Assembly (NCBI GenBank): GCA_950097015.1
Contig: CATNEN010000041.1
Location: 310,001 to 374,000 of the forward strand
Source of the DNA: Macrostomum hystrix
Lineage: Eukaryota; Animalia; Platyhelminthes
Direction of reading: 5' to 3'
DNA: 64,000 nucleotides
The position numbers and the translations under genes are program-made. Of this stretch, positions 52,444 through 63,215 are shown in pieces. The number at the start of each line of letters is the position of its first letter. Within the stretch, counting starts at the first letter, position 1. The notes under the pieces are model-generated. The model did not search any database. It saw nothing but the letters and a program-made list of their open reading frames with translations, and was not told the origin of the DNA.

Positions 52444-55076
52444 ATGAGTCAGGTGAGTTTTGCTCGAGCTCTCAGGCCGAGGCTGCTGCTGCTGATGCTG
52501 CTAGCTAGTCTCCTCGGTTGCAGTCACGGCCTGCTGGCTGCGATCTACAGGGGCGGAGAGGCCGGACGGACCGGCAGCCAGTTCCTCAGCGACCATGCCT
52601 TCTGCGTTCGCCGCAACCGAATCAGTGAGTGAACGGATGGGGCCAGTGAGTGAATGGATGGGGCCAGTGAGTGAACGGATGGGGCCAGTGAGTGAATGGA
52701 TGGGGCCAGTGAGTGAATGGATGGGGCCAGTGAGTGAATGGATGGGGCCAGTGAGTGAATGGATGGGGCCAGTGAGTGAACGGATGGGGCCAGTGAGTGA
52801 ATGGATGGGGCCAGTGAGTGAATGGATGGGGCCAGTGAGTGAATGGATGGGGCCAGTGAGTGAACGGATGGGGCCAGTGAGTGAACGGATGGGGCCAGTG
52901 AGTTAATGGATGGGGCCAGTGAGTGAACGGATAGGGCCAGTGAGTGAGGCTCCAGTGAGTGAATGGATGGGGCCAGTGAGTTAATGGATGGGGCCAGTGA
53001 GTGAATGGATGGGGTCAGTGAGTGAATGGACGGGGCCAGTGAGTGAACGGATTGGGCCAGTGAGTGAGGCTCCAGTGAGTGAATGGATGGGGCCAGTGAG
53101 TGGATGGATGGGGCCAGTGAGTTAATGGATGGGGCCAGTGAGTGAATGGATGGGGCCAGTGAGTGAATGGATGGGGCCAGTGAGTGAATGGATGGGGCCA
53201 GTGAGTTAATGGATGGGGCCAGTGAGTGAATGGATGGGGCCAGTGAGTGAATGGATGGGGCCAGTGAGTGAGGCTCCAGTGAGTGAATGGATGGGGCCAG
53301 TGAGTGAATGGATGGGGCCAGTGAGTGAATGGATGGGGCCAGTGAGTGAATGGATGGGGCCAGTGAGTGAATGGATGGGGCCAGTGAGTTAATGGATGGG
53401 GCCAGTGAGTGAACGGATGGGGCCAGTGAGTGAGGCTCCAGTGAGTGAATGGATGGGGCCAGTGAGTGAATGGATGGGGCCAGTGAGTGAATGGATGTGG
53501 CCAGTGAGTTAATGGATGGGGCCAGTGAGTGAATGGACGGGGCCAGTGAGTGAGGCGCCGGTGAGTGTAAGATGTGACTGGTTGGACACCTATCTTGAAA
53601 GAACCTGTCAAACTCTCAGAAATTTTTTAATTCCGACTCCTATCACCATCGCAAGGAAAATCATGGGATCTGGGAGTTTTCTTGGAGACCAGATTAGCTT
53701 TTTTAGATTGACTTGAGTTTTCTAGTCTAAAACCCGGCCCCAGAAAGCTGCAAGTTGGTTATGCCGAACTTCAGTCCAGTTCGACGAGCAAAATTAGATT
53801 ATTCAGGCTGTTTAATTTAAATCCGCAAAGCTCCCCCGGAGTCAAAAAAAAATCTGTGAAATTGCATACAGTACATGTGGTACGGCAGAGACCATCCTCG
53901 GTATGGTTAGTTTGTCTACATTCCGAGTGCTGGCTGATTCATCCACTGAAGATTCTGATTCTTCCCACAGTTCCATCCGTGATCCTTCAGTACCCAGACC
54001 AGCCCGGACCTGATCACCAGCTGCCGAAAGCGTTCGATGCGACATCCAAGCTTCGCGCTGTCATTCTGCCGGCTGAGGACGAAGCTCTGCTGACTCGCTT
54101 CGCCGAGGTCTTCTCAACCGGCGACCCGGCCATTCGGCGGCGCCTGTTCATCGGCCTGAGCCTGCGTCACTCAGCCGAGAGGTTCACCGGGCCGCGCTTC
54201 CTGCGACTCCTCCAGCTGCTGGGCACCAGCTACCTCGACCTGGTGCTGGTGTCCGGCCGGCCCTGCGGCCACTCCCAGCGTGACCGGCTCGCCTGTGGAC
54301 GCAACCGGCTCACGCCGGCCTTCCTGCGCAACTGGCGCACCCTGCTGCGCCTGGCCAAGAAGAAGCGCATCCTGAACCTGGGCCTCCGCAACTACCCGCT
54401 GCCTGCCGTGCGCCAGCTGCACCGCCTGTCCACGCCTGAGTGCCTCGACTTCCCAGGTCGGCCTGGCTGCAGCACCCTGTTGAAATTCGCACGAAAAGGC
54501 GAAAAGCCCAAAGTGACCGCAGAGGATGCAAAAATTAAAATCAAGACTAAGGCTGATCCCGCGAAGAAGAGGAAGAAGATCGAGCCTGGAGAGCCTGTCA
54601 GTGCCGCAAAGGGCAGGATCAACATGCACAACGCCTACTCCATGCGCCGTGCTGCAGGCAATGTTAATTTCCTGACGGTCGCGCAGGCTGCATTCAATCC
54701 ACACCACCGGCACCAAATGCTGCGTCGCTGGTGTCACAGGCACTCGGTTGTTCTTCTGGCGGACGAGGCCACTGGAGGGCCGCATGCAGACGAGCTCCAA
54801 TCCGATGCCCGAATTGTAGCGGCTGCCGAAGAGGCTCGGCTGCCCGTTCGAGCCGCCATCTTGCACTGGGCGATGAAGAAACGCGTCGCCGTGGCCGTTG
54901 GACCCGAGGAAGGGGCAGAGTTTGTTGGACAGTTGGGCAACCTGGCTGGCGCAACACAGCACCTGCTTGGCATCGACCGGACGGTAGAAAGTGACGTGGA
55001 AGCGCGCTACTTCTTGGCATCGAAGAGAGGCCGCAAGCTTCAAGAGGGGCGCCGATGGGAACATCACGAACTTTGA
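52444..55076 (+). CDS. Signal-peptide-bearing aldo-keto-reductase-fold protein, probably non-catalytic
   Basis: Exon 1 52444-52624 (MSQVSFARALRPRLLLLMLLASLLGCSHG...; A|GTGAGT), exon 2 53971-54456, exon 3 54658-55076 (1086 nt, in frame; 54457-54657 may be retained in frame). AKR-like segments: LLGTSYLDLVLVSGRP, WRTLLRLAKKKRILNLGLRNY, AQAAFNPHHRHQMLRRWCHRHSVVLLA, LQSDARIVAAAEEARLPVRAAILHWAMKKRVAV. Confidence 0.68.
52625..53562. repeat. 21-bp minisatellite (GTGAGTGAATGGATGGGGCCA) beginning exactly at the intron 5' splice site
   Basis: ~44 copies; the first unit starts at the donor GT at 52625. Confidence 0.96.
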
Positions 55077-58000
55077 GAGCAAATTAAATCAGATAATTTA
55101 TTGAATGCCTTCACGTGTACATAATCAAACATGCCCCGCTCAAAAATGTTTGATTAGATTCTAATTAGAAAAGTACAACAATTTAGAACGGATCATCGAT
55201 GTCGATTCGATGGGGTGGTTCAAATGATGAGTCAGCGGCTAGTTCTCTAGTTTTTTTAATTCAATGCTTTTTAAGCAGTACTATGACAAAAACAGGCGTC
55301 ACACGAGGCCTTGTCCTAGGCCTAGTTGTTCTAGCTGATTTATTGATTTGAATTTTTGGGGTGGCCGGGTGCTGAGATATAAGAGGTGCTGAGAGCGAGC
55401 GTACAATTAAGCCCGGTAGCGGGCAGCGAGACGAGGCGCGCGGTCGGGTGGATAGAAAGGATAGAAAAGAGAGCAAGCGAAAAAAAGTTAACAGCCAATC
55501 ACAACGCGCCAGAAACTTAGTTACAAGCCAAGACATGGCCACTGGTCAACTCCGCAAGATGCACTCAAGGACCACTAGAATGAGAAGGACGGGACACTTC
55601 GTTTCTTGGAATATGTATTAAAGGCTGATTTTCACGAAAAAATTCACAAGCGAGATAGGAACTTTTCACTTTTTTTCACACAAAAATGTTGTATCTGGAA
55701 GCAGACACAATGCTGTTCTTTTAATATATCTTGCAAAAACATGTTGCTTCGACGAATTTTATAAAGCTTCATTCGTGAATAATTGATCTTCATTGTAATT
55801 TAGTTTCTTTATCATGAAGCACAAAAACTAGTCAAAAGCTATCTAGTGAAAATCTCAGTTTTACAGTCACTTTTCAATAAAGTATTAGTGTATTACTGAT
55901 GATACTTCAATAAAGTAGTGTATTACGAGAATTACGTAGAAAGTTTTCATTAAATAATCTGAAGGCCAAGATATATGCTAATTTTATTTCTTATTGGTTT
56001 CTGTTGTCCTTCATGGTAAAAAAGCGAAAATAAAGCGAAGACTTATTATTCACGAATGAGTCCGACCAAAGTTTCCTTCTGGTCTCAAATTCGCTCAAAG
56101 AATGTCATAACTTTTACCATTTTTCGGAACTTATCCCTCTTTTACTTTCTGAAGTTCATTTTTCTCGAGAAGCTTTAACGAAATTTATGGAAAACATTTA
56201 ATGCTGCGCCAGCTTTACCTCGCACTAGCTGAGCTGTGCATCACGAGTTCAGCAGCCTGCAATTGCGGGCTATTTTATCTCTTCTGCTTGCGCTTCCGCA
56301 GCGCGCCGTCTGTTGAAATTGTTTTTTTAAAACTCTGATCCGGAGCTGCAAAACTGCCCAACAGCCCAGTGGCGCAAGTTAACGCCAGCTGACAAAACTG
56401 CGCCGTAAAGCGCGGATTTGAGCATCGTGCTTAATTTAAACTTTCGTAATACGCAGGTCCACTTCATATTTTATGCCGCCTTTGTCTTGTTTTTGCACAT
56501 TTCGTTGTTAGTCTGTACTGTTACATGGTGTTGTCTTATTACCCATTACCCATTCATCCAATAACTTTAACTCATTGATGAGAGATATCTGATGTTGTTT
56601 GTTTACCAATTGTTGCGTTTTGCTGTATTAAATCTCTTGTTACTGAAATACAAGCAAACATGCCGATGCCAGTAAAATTTTCTTCCAAAATGTTCCGCTG
56701 AATTAGGGGTATAGCATCAAATGTTCTCCAGAAATGTCCTTGAAGCTGTCTCTGCACAAATCAAACGTTATAGTAGTCCCTGTGTTTTATACAGTGTTCA
56801 AATATCCCAATCTGAAAAAAAATGTTGCAAATTTGAAATCGCTCTTATTTGACTTTGATTTGCCAGTCATAAAATTTAATTACCGCAAATTAATATAATT
56901 TGGGCTCTTTTGCTAGTTTAATTTCTGATTCAAATCTATGGGCAGCAAAAACTACTTTTCAAGAATTATGAAGTTACTAGTGATCCAAGAACACCAAAAC
57001 CATGACACTTTAGTTTTCGGATATAGTTTAGTCTCCCCAATTAAATTTTGTTACTAACTGTAATAAGCCAGTGTACATTTTTCAAGGAACTATTTTGCTG
57101 CATTTCTGCGTACTAAATCTTTAAAATATATTTGAAACTTTCAAATTATCAACAAAACTTTTCTGTTTCAAGAATTAATGTTACTATGTTTATTTTACTT
57201 TAGCCGTTTCGTTAAATTTGACGCCTTCGAAAACGAAAATTTGAACTCTAATTGAAGTCATTTTTCGTGTAATGCGTCGTACTAGAAATCCGAACCGAAA
57301 TGTTATCGCTGTTTTTTTATTACTAAGATCTTACTGTTTTAATTTAAATACGCATTTAAATACACGGTGATTGACATGCCGAATGATTTCCCAAAGTCAA
57401 AATTTAAATTCTGATTAAAATTACATTGCAATCGTAGTTGCAATATTCAGATTCACAATACAATTTTTTGTATTTTGTGTTTGTATTATTTCATGATAAG
57501 AACAGTTTTTGCCTGAAAGTAAAACATTAAAGTCGACGCAAGTTATGTATGTCAAATTAATAATAATAAATATATATATGCCATGCCAATAGTTCAGAAA
57601 TTATCCACATAGTTCTGTGTTAGGGCCTACTAAATGCCTAAGTTTTCTATTTTGACATTTAGGGCAATTTGAATTTAAAATAATTTCAGATGTATGAATG
57701 AATTCCGGTCGTTTCGGCCATATGCAGTTTTGGCCATAGCCACTTTGGCCAAAAGCCATTTTGGCCATAGCTGTTTCAGCCAAAAGCTGAATGAGCATAA
57801 TAATGCTACATTGGACAAACTGAGAAACAGTGGCTGATCTTGTCAGATAGATTTGCCTTCATAGTTAAGAATCATCCAAGGACAAATATTACTTACTGGC
57901 GCTGCTCTAAGCATAATCCAAAGGTAGGTCAGGTTTGCCCAGTAACAGTTAAGGAACAAAATGGAATGTTTATTAGCAATTGAAAAGACCACATTCATGA

Positions 58001-58905
58001 TAGCCTTGGAGAATCAGTTTGTCATGTCAATGAAGGTCCAAATCAAAGACAGGTTTTGTGCCAATCTGTTTGAGCCTACTAGTACCATTGTTGATAATGA
58101 ATTGACAGTTGACAGTTGTCAGTTGACAAAGCTGACAGGCTGCTAGCTGAAGCTCCAAGCTTGCCCAACCCAAGAAATTTGGAGCAGATAGGCTGATACT
58201 ATGAATATTGATAATATTATACTATGAATTTCGTTTTCTATTGTCAAATGTCTACTATTTTGAATCAAATTTTGAATTTTACTTACTAAGTATATGATAT
58301 ATATAATAGTAGTACCAAACTACTTTTTATGAAATTTCCTAATAAATCAACCTCTCTTTATGCTGAGGATGTTGGCCTAAATATGGCAATGCCTGAATAA
58401 GCTTTATTACATAAAATTGTTTTAAGATTTTGGAAGTTGTCATTTTTGTATTAGATAGTCCTATGAAAAGTGTTTTAATTTTTAATTTTAGCATATTTCT
58501 GTATCATTTATGTCAGGCTAGATTTGGTAATATATTATTACTGACTGACATGTAGCTTTCGATTTCAAGACTATCAAGATTTCTATATATATACTTGAAA
58601 TCATATACCCTAGATACTCACAATAGTTCTAGCTAACTGTTAAGTCTAATGTATGTCATGTATGTTTTTTACTAATTGACTGTGAAACGTAAAAGTATCT
58701 TTTTTGCAGCATAAACCTAAAAGCATACCTAAGTTATTAAACTTTCTCAATTAACACAATCTATTTACAAGAGTATCATGCCTTCAGTATCACAGCTTTA
58801 TGAATAGTCCTATTTAGTAGACCTTAAGTATTAGGTAAGCAGTAGTACTTAATTCTAAATCATGTAAATTTAACGATTTCGTTCTCACAACTTCAGCACT
58901 GAACG

Positions 58906-60168
58906 ATGGATCGAGTGCCGATCGACGCGTCCGAGATCCTGATCCTGGCCTGCCCCCAGTGCCAGTTCATGACGCTGAAGGTAGCATCATTGGACGCCCA
59001 CCTGAAGGAGCACGACTGCAAGATCCAGGTGAAGCTGAACAAGTGCAAGCAGTGCGGCATGATCACCAACTCCGAGAAGGTGATTGAGGAACACGTCCAG
59101 ATCTGGCACCCGAGCAAGGACGTGAAGGAGAATGTGACTGTTGTGTTCGACGAGACGTACAACCAGGACAAGCCCGCTCCGACCGCCAAGGCGGCGCCAA
59201 CAGCTGGCGGCGATGTTCAGAGGACGCAGCAGGCACCGAGGTCGAGTGTGGCTGGACTGCCGCAGATAAACCTGCTGCAGCTGATGTACATGGCCCACGG
59301 ACCGGTGGAGATCAACCTGCCCGGCATGTACCAGTTGGATCGTACGAAGAACGGCGTGCACGCTGCGATCTCGTTCATGCCGAGCTTCTTGAACAAGACT
59401 GTCGCAGAAATGTTCATGGATTCTCTGAAGCAGGACCTTTCGTGGAAGCAGCTGACCTCCACTACGAAGGACGGCAAAGAGCGTCAGGAGCCTCGTCTGA
59501 CATGCTACATCGGGCCAGACTTTGAGTACAGTGGCAACAAGTTTGAGAACTGCAACGAGTGGAACCCGAAGCTGAAGGAGCTGAAGGAGCTCGTGGAGAA
59601 GGCGGTTGGTCGCGAGTTCAACGCAGTAATTTGCTACATGTACCGCAACGGCAGGGACAGCCTTGGCTGGCATTCTGAGACTGAGAAGCCTCTGGGTGAT
59701 CACCCTTACATCGCTGCAGTGACCCTCGGTCAGGCCAGGTACGTGGAGTTCTTGAGGAAGGGCCGCGACGATCGCTACGTGAGGTTGCGCTCTGCCCACG
59801 GTGACCTGGTGATCACGGAGGGCGCCATCGAGGAGCTGTGGGTTCATCGCATCCCCAAGGACCCCATGGCTCGTCGCACGAGCTACACCTTCTCGTTCCG
59901 CAACATCAACCCGGTGAAGAAAAAAGCCGAGCCCAACAAGCCCTCCGCAGCCCCCGCCGCTGCTGCCGCCGCCGCCCCCACCGCTGAGGCAGTCGCCAAG
60001 CCCGCAGCTGACACACCCGCCGAGAAACCAAGCGAGGCTCCTGCCTTGAAGGCAGAGCCGGCCGCCGCCGACGACGCCGCCGCCACCCCGGCCGCCGCGG
60101 CCGCCCCGGCTGGTAAGAAGGGCAAGAGTCCCGGCCCGGTGGGCAGCGGCAAGGGAAAGAAGAAGTGA
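58906..60168 (+). CDS. ALKBH3-like: Two C2H2 zinc fingers + ALKBH3/ALKBH2-like 2OG-Fe(II) dioxygenase domain + Ala/Pro/Lys-rich tail (copy 1, 420 aa)
   Basis: CPQC-x12-HLKEH and CKQC-x12-HVQIWH; EPRLTCYIG, FNAVICYMYRNGRDSLGWHSETE, WVHRIPK, terminal FSFR align collinearly with ALKBH3. GC3-rich, uninterrupted ORF. Confidence 0.88.
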   Translation: MDRVPIDASEILILACPQCQFMTLKVASLDAHLKEHDCKIQVKLNKCKQCGMITNSEKVIEEHVQIWHPSKDVKENVTVVFDETYNQDKPAPTAKAAPTAGGDVQRTQQAPRSSVAGLPQINLLQLMYMAHGPVEINLPGMYQLDRTKNGVHAAISFMPSFLNKTVAEMFMDSLKQDLSWKQLTSTTKDGKERQEPRLTCYIGPDFEYSGNKFENCNEWNPKLKELKELVEKAVGREFNAVICYMYRNGRDSLGWHSETEKPLGDHPYIAAVTLGQARYVEFLRKGRDDRYVRLRSAHGDLVITEGAIEELWVHRIPKDPMARRTSYTFSFRNINPVKKKAEPNKPSAAPAAAAAAAPTAEAVAKPAADTPAEKPSEAPALKAEPAAADDAAATPAAAAAPAGKKGKSPGPVGSGKGKKK

Positions 60169-61239
60169 GGCCTCGGGCGTCGAGTTTCGTAGGCGCCGAG
60201 TGTGTCCGCCACCCACTCTGTGTGTTCGCTGCAACTTTGCAGCTGTTGCTGTTTTAAAAAGTGAAATTTTTGTTGAACAAAGACGCGAATAAATCCTCAA
60301 AATTATTAAATATTCAAAGCAATCTTTGTTTTTCTCTTTATACGCTTTTCTACTAGTAGCCCCATTTTTCGATCCGAGTTTATTTATTGTTTACCCACTC
60401 ATAGCCGCATTAGCTAGGTCACACACATTTTGTTGTCTGGCTAGTCAAAAGTGCAGGACTGTTCTCTCGCCACCTATGCGTCGCTGCTGCTACTCCAACG
60501 TACTTCTCTGCGCTAAATAAGAAAACCATATAGTCTCGTTCTGTGTTAGGTATAATACCGCTGCCAGTAGCCCGTGCTCTGGTCTCCAGCTCGGATAGCT
60601 AGTCCCCTAGCGCCCGTGTTGTTCGCTTGGACAGTAATAAATATATTCATAAGTGTAGCACAATAGCAATCCACAGTATAGATGCTTGACCGCATACTGG
60701 GTCAGGCTCCACCTAGCACCCCACTGCGACGGTTTCCTGTTATCACTAAAGTAAACGACTACTAAAGCGCAGTGGCGGTCGCATGTTCTCGGTCGTACGC
60801 GAGTCTGTTTCCCCACATTGTTCTCTAAAACTGATCTGCTGAAGCGTAACCCGGCTTGTGTGAGATCAGCGATGGCACCCTACAGGTTGTCCAGCGCCTA
60901 TCTTTAATCCCTCTTTATCGCGTTGGCAGAATTTTATGGACACGTTGCCTAAAAGCAGTTGGATACAAGCAATAATAAATTCTAACAGTCCTGGTTTATA
61001 TTACGATTTTTCCCTTTTTTCATTTAATTTTGTTTTCTAAAAATGTCAGTAACATAGCCTTCAGTCTTATAAAACTCAGGAATTTAGGTGAATAAAAAAA
61101 GGTTTTTCACGACTAGAGATAGACAGCCGGCTTTTGATGAACTGATGCGGACTTTGCCATCAAAAACGTAAAAATGAATCCCTTTTGCACGAAAATAGTT
61201 TTGTTTTCCGACCGATAATTTTTTCAGAGCAAACAAGAC

Positions 61240-62301
61240 ATGAATCGAGTGCCGATCGACGCGTCCGAGATCCTGATCCTGGCCTGCCCCCAGTGCCAGT
61301 TCATGACGCTGAAGGTAGCATCATTGGACGCCCACCTGAAGGAGCACGACTGCAAGATCCAGGTGAAGCTGAACAAGTGCAAGCAGTGCGGCATGATCAC
61401 CAACTCCGAGAAGGTGATTGAGGAACACGTCCAGATCTGGCACCCGAGCAAGGACGTGAAGGAGAATGTGACTGTTGTGTTCGACGAGACGTACAACCAG
61501 GACAAGCCCGCTCCGACCGCCAAGGCGGCGCCAACAGCTGGCGGCGATGTTCAGAGGACGCAGCAGGCACCGAGGTCGAGTGTGGCTGGACTGCCGCAGA
61601 TAAACCTGCTGCAGCTGATGTACATGGCCCACGGACCGGTGGAGATCAACCTGCCCGGCATGTACCAGTTGGATCGTACGAAGAACGGCGTGCACGCTGC
61701 GATCTCGTTCATGCCGAGCTTCTTGAACAAGACTGTCGCAGAAATGTTCATGGATTCTCTGAAGCAGAACCTTTCGTGGAAGCAGCTGACCTCCACTACG
61801 AAGGACGGCAAAGAGCGTCAGGAGCCTCGTCTGACATGCTACATCGGGCCAGACTTTGAGTACAGTGGCAACAAGTTTGAGAACTGCAACGAGTGGAACC
61901 CGAAGCTGAAGGAGCTGAAGGAGCTCGTGGAGAAGGCGGTTGGTCGCGAGTTCAACGCAGTAATTTGCTACATGTACCGCAACGGCAGGGACAGCCTTGG
62001 CTGGCATTCTGAGACTGAGAAGCCTCTGGGTGATCACCCTTACATCGCTGCAGTGACCCTCGGTCAGGCCAGGTACGTGGAGTTCTTGAGGAAGGGCCGC
62101 GACGATCGCTACGTGAGGTTGCGCTCTGCCCACGGTGACCTGGTGATCACGGAGGGCGCCATCGAGGAGCTGTGGGTTCATCGCATCCCCAAGGACCCCA
62201 TGGCTCGTCGCACGAGCTACACCTTCTCGTTCCGCAACATCAACCCGGTGAAGAAGGAGGAGGCCTCGAAGGGCGCAGCCGGCAGCGGAGATTCCGCTTG
62301 A
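61240..62301 (+). CDS. ALKBH3-like: Two C2H2 zinc fingers + ALKBH3-like dioxygenase domain (copy 2, 353 aa, short tail)
   Basis: Matches copy 1 at offset 2334 from codon 2 to 62255, with differences seen only at 61243 and 61768; different C-terminus. Confidence 0.88.
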   Translation: MNRVPIDASEILILACPQCQFMTLKVASLDAHLKEHDCKIQVKLNKCKQCGMITNSEKVIEEHVQIWHPSKDVKENVTVVFDETYNQDKPAPTAKAAPTAGGDVQRTQQAPRSSVAGLPQINLLQLMYMAHGPVEINLPGMYQLDRTKNGVHAAISFMPSFLNKTVAEMFMDSLKQNLSWKQLTSTTKDGKERQEPRLTCYIGPDFEYSGNKFENCNEWNPKLKELKELVEKAVGREFNAVICYMYRNGRDSLGWHSETEKPLGDHPYIAAVTLGQARYVEFLRKGRDDRYVRLRSAHGDLVITEGAIEELWVHRIPKDPMARRTSYTFSFRNINPVKKEEASKGAAGSGDSA

Positions 62302-63215
62302 AAGCTTGAGCCAGCTTTCCGTTCAGGAACTGAGAGATCTGAGATTGGATTTTTACTAGTTTTTTCCGTTTCGCATATTCCTGCGTTTTTCTAATCCGGT
62401 TATGTTATCCTTCCCCTGCTTCATCGCTGCCTTCCCCTTCGTGTCGGGATTGACTTTGTCCGATTGCTAAGCGCAAGCGGCTTGTGCTCAGAAAATTTAG
62501 CTTTCGCTGCGCATTTTTCGTCAGAATTCTAGCGCCGTAGCTTCAGTTTCACCGGCGTTCAGATCTGCGCTTTGCTATATCGAGTTGGCTAAAGAACATC
62601 TTTTTGAACTCGAATAAACTCGAACTTGAACAGCGTTGTTTCACTTTTGTTACCGATGTTTTCTGTTACTTTTCACAAAAAAATAATATACTTTTTGGAA
62701 TTAATCAAATGTTTGTCACTGAATTGCTCATTTTTTAATTATTTGCTTCAACCACAGGACAATTCAGTTTCATACCAACTGCATGTAAAATGCCAATGAA
62801 AAGTCGGCAGGCTGCGTCAGTAAGCGCAGAAATATTTCCCTGTCTGCACTGTTAATACTTCTACTAGACACTAGACGCCTTCCCAGTGCATGTCGTACCC
62901 TTTATGAGGTAGGGTGTGGTGGGGCGTACAGTCCTGCACTGACAGTAGTCTTTTTTTAAATATCTTTCTGCGCTCTGTTTTTCGGGCTGTTCTGGAGCAG
63001 TTAGAAACTTTGAGTGCTCATTGCAGGCTCTAGCATCGCTCATTGCTCGCTTTAACCATTGTCTCTGACTTATCAGCTGCCGCTGCCTTCGCTTACGATG
63101 ACCCCATAGCGAGGGGCAGGGAGTGTCGCTTCGCGAGCGCGGATTTATACTAAAAAATTAGAAAGAGCTCTGCTCAGGGGCAGTCCTTTCAGAATTATTT
63201 AGCGTTGCTTTTGCG

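Noticed and set aside
55769-56059. 15-bp perfect inverted repeat (TCATTCGTGAATAAT) as a MITE
   Set aside because: Short, in AT-rich DNA, no TSD and does not extend; insufficient support.
58987-62181. Long antisense ORFs over the AlkB genes (and similar ones over the ATPase, TRP and NHL exons)
   Set aside because: Shadow frames expected from GC3-rich codon usage; no recognisable motifs.
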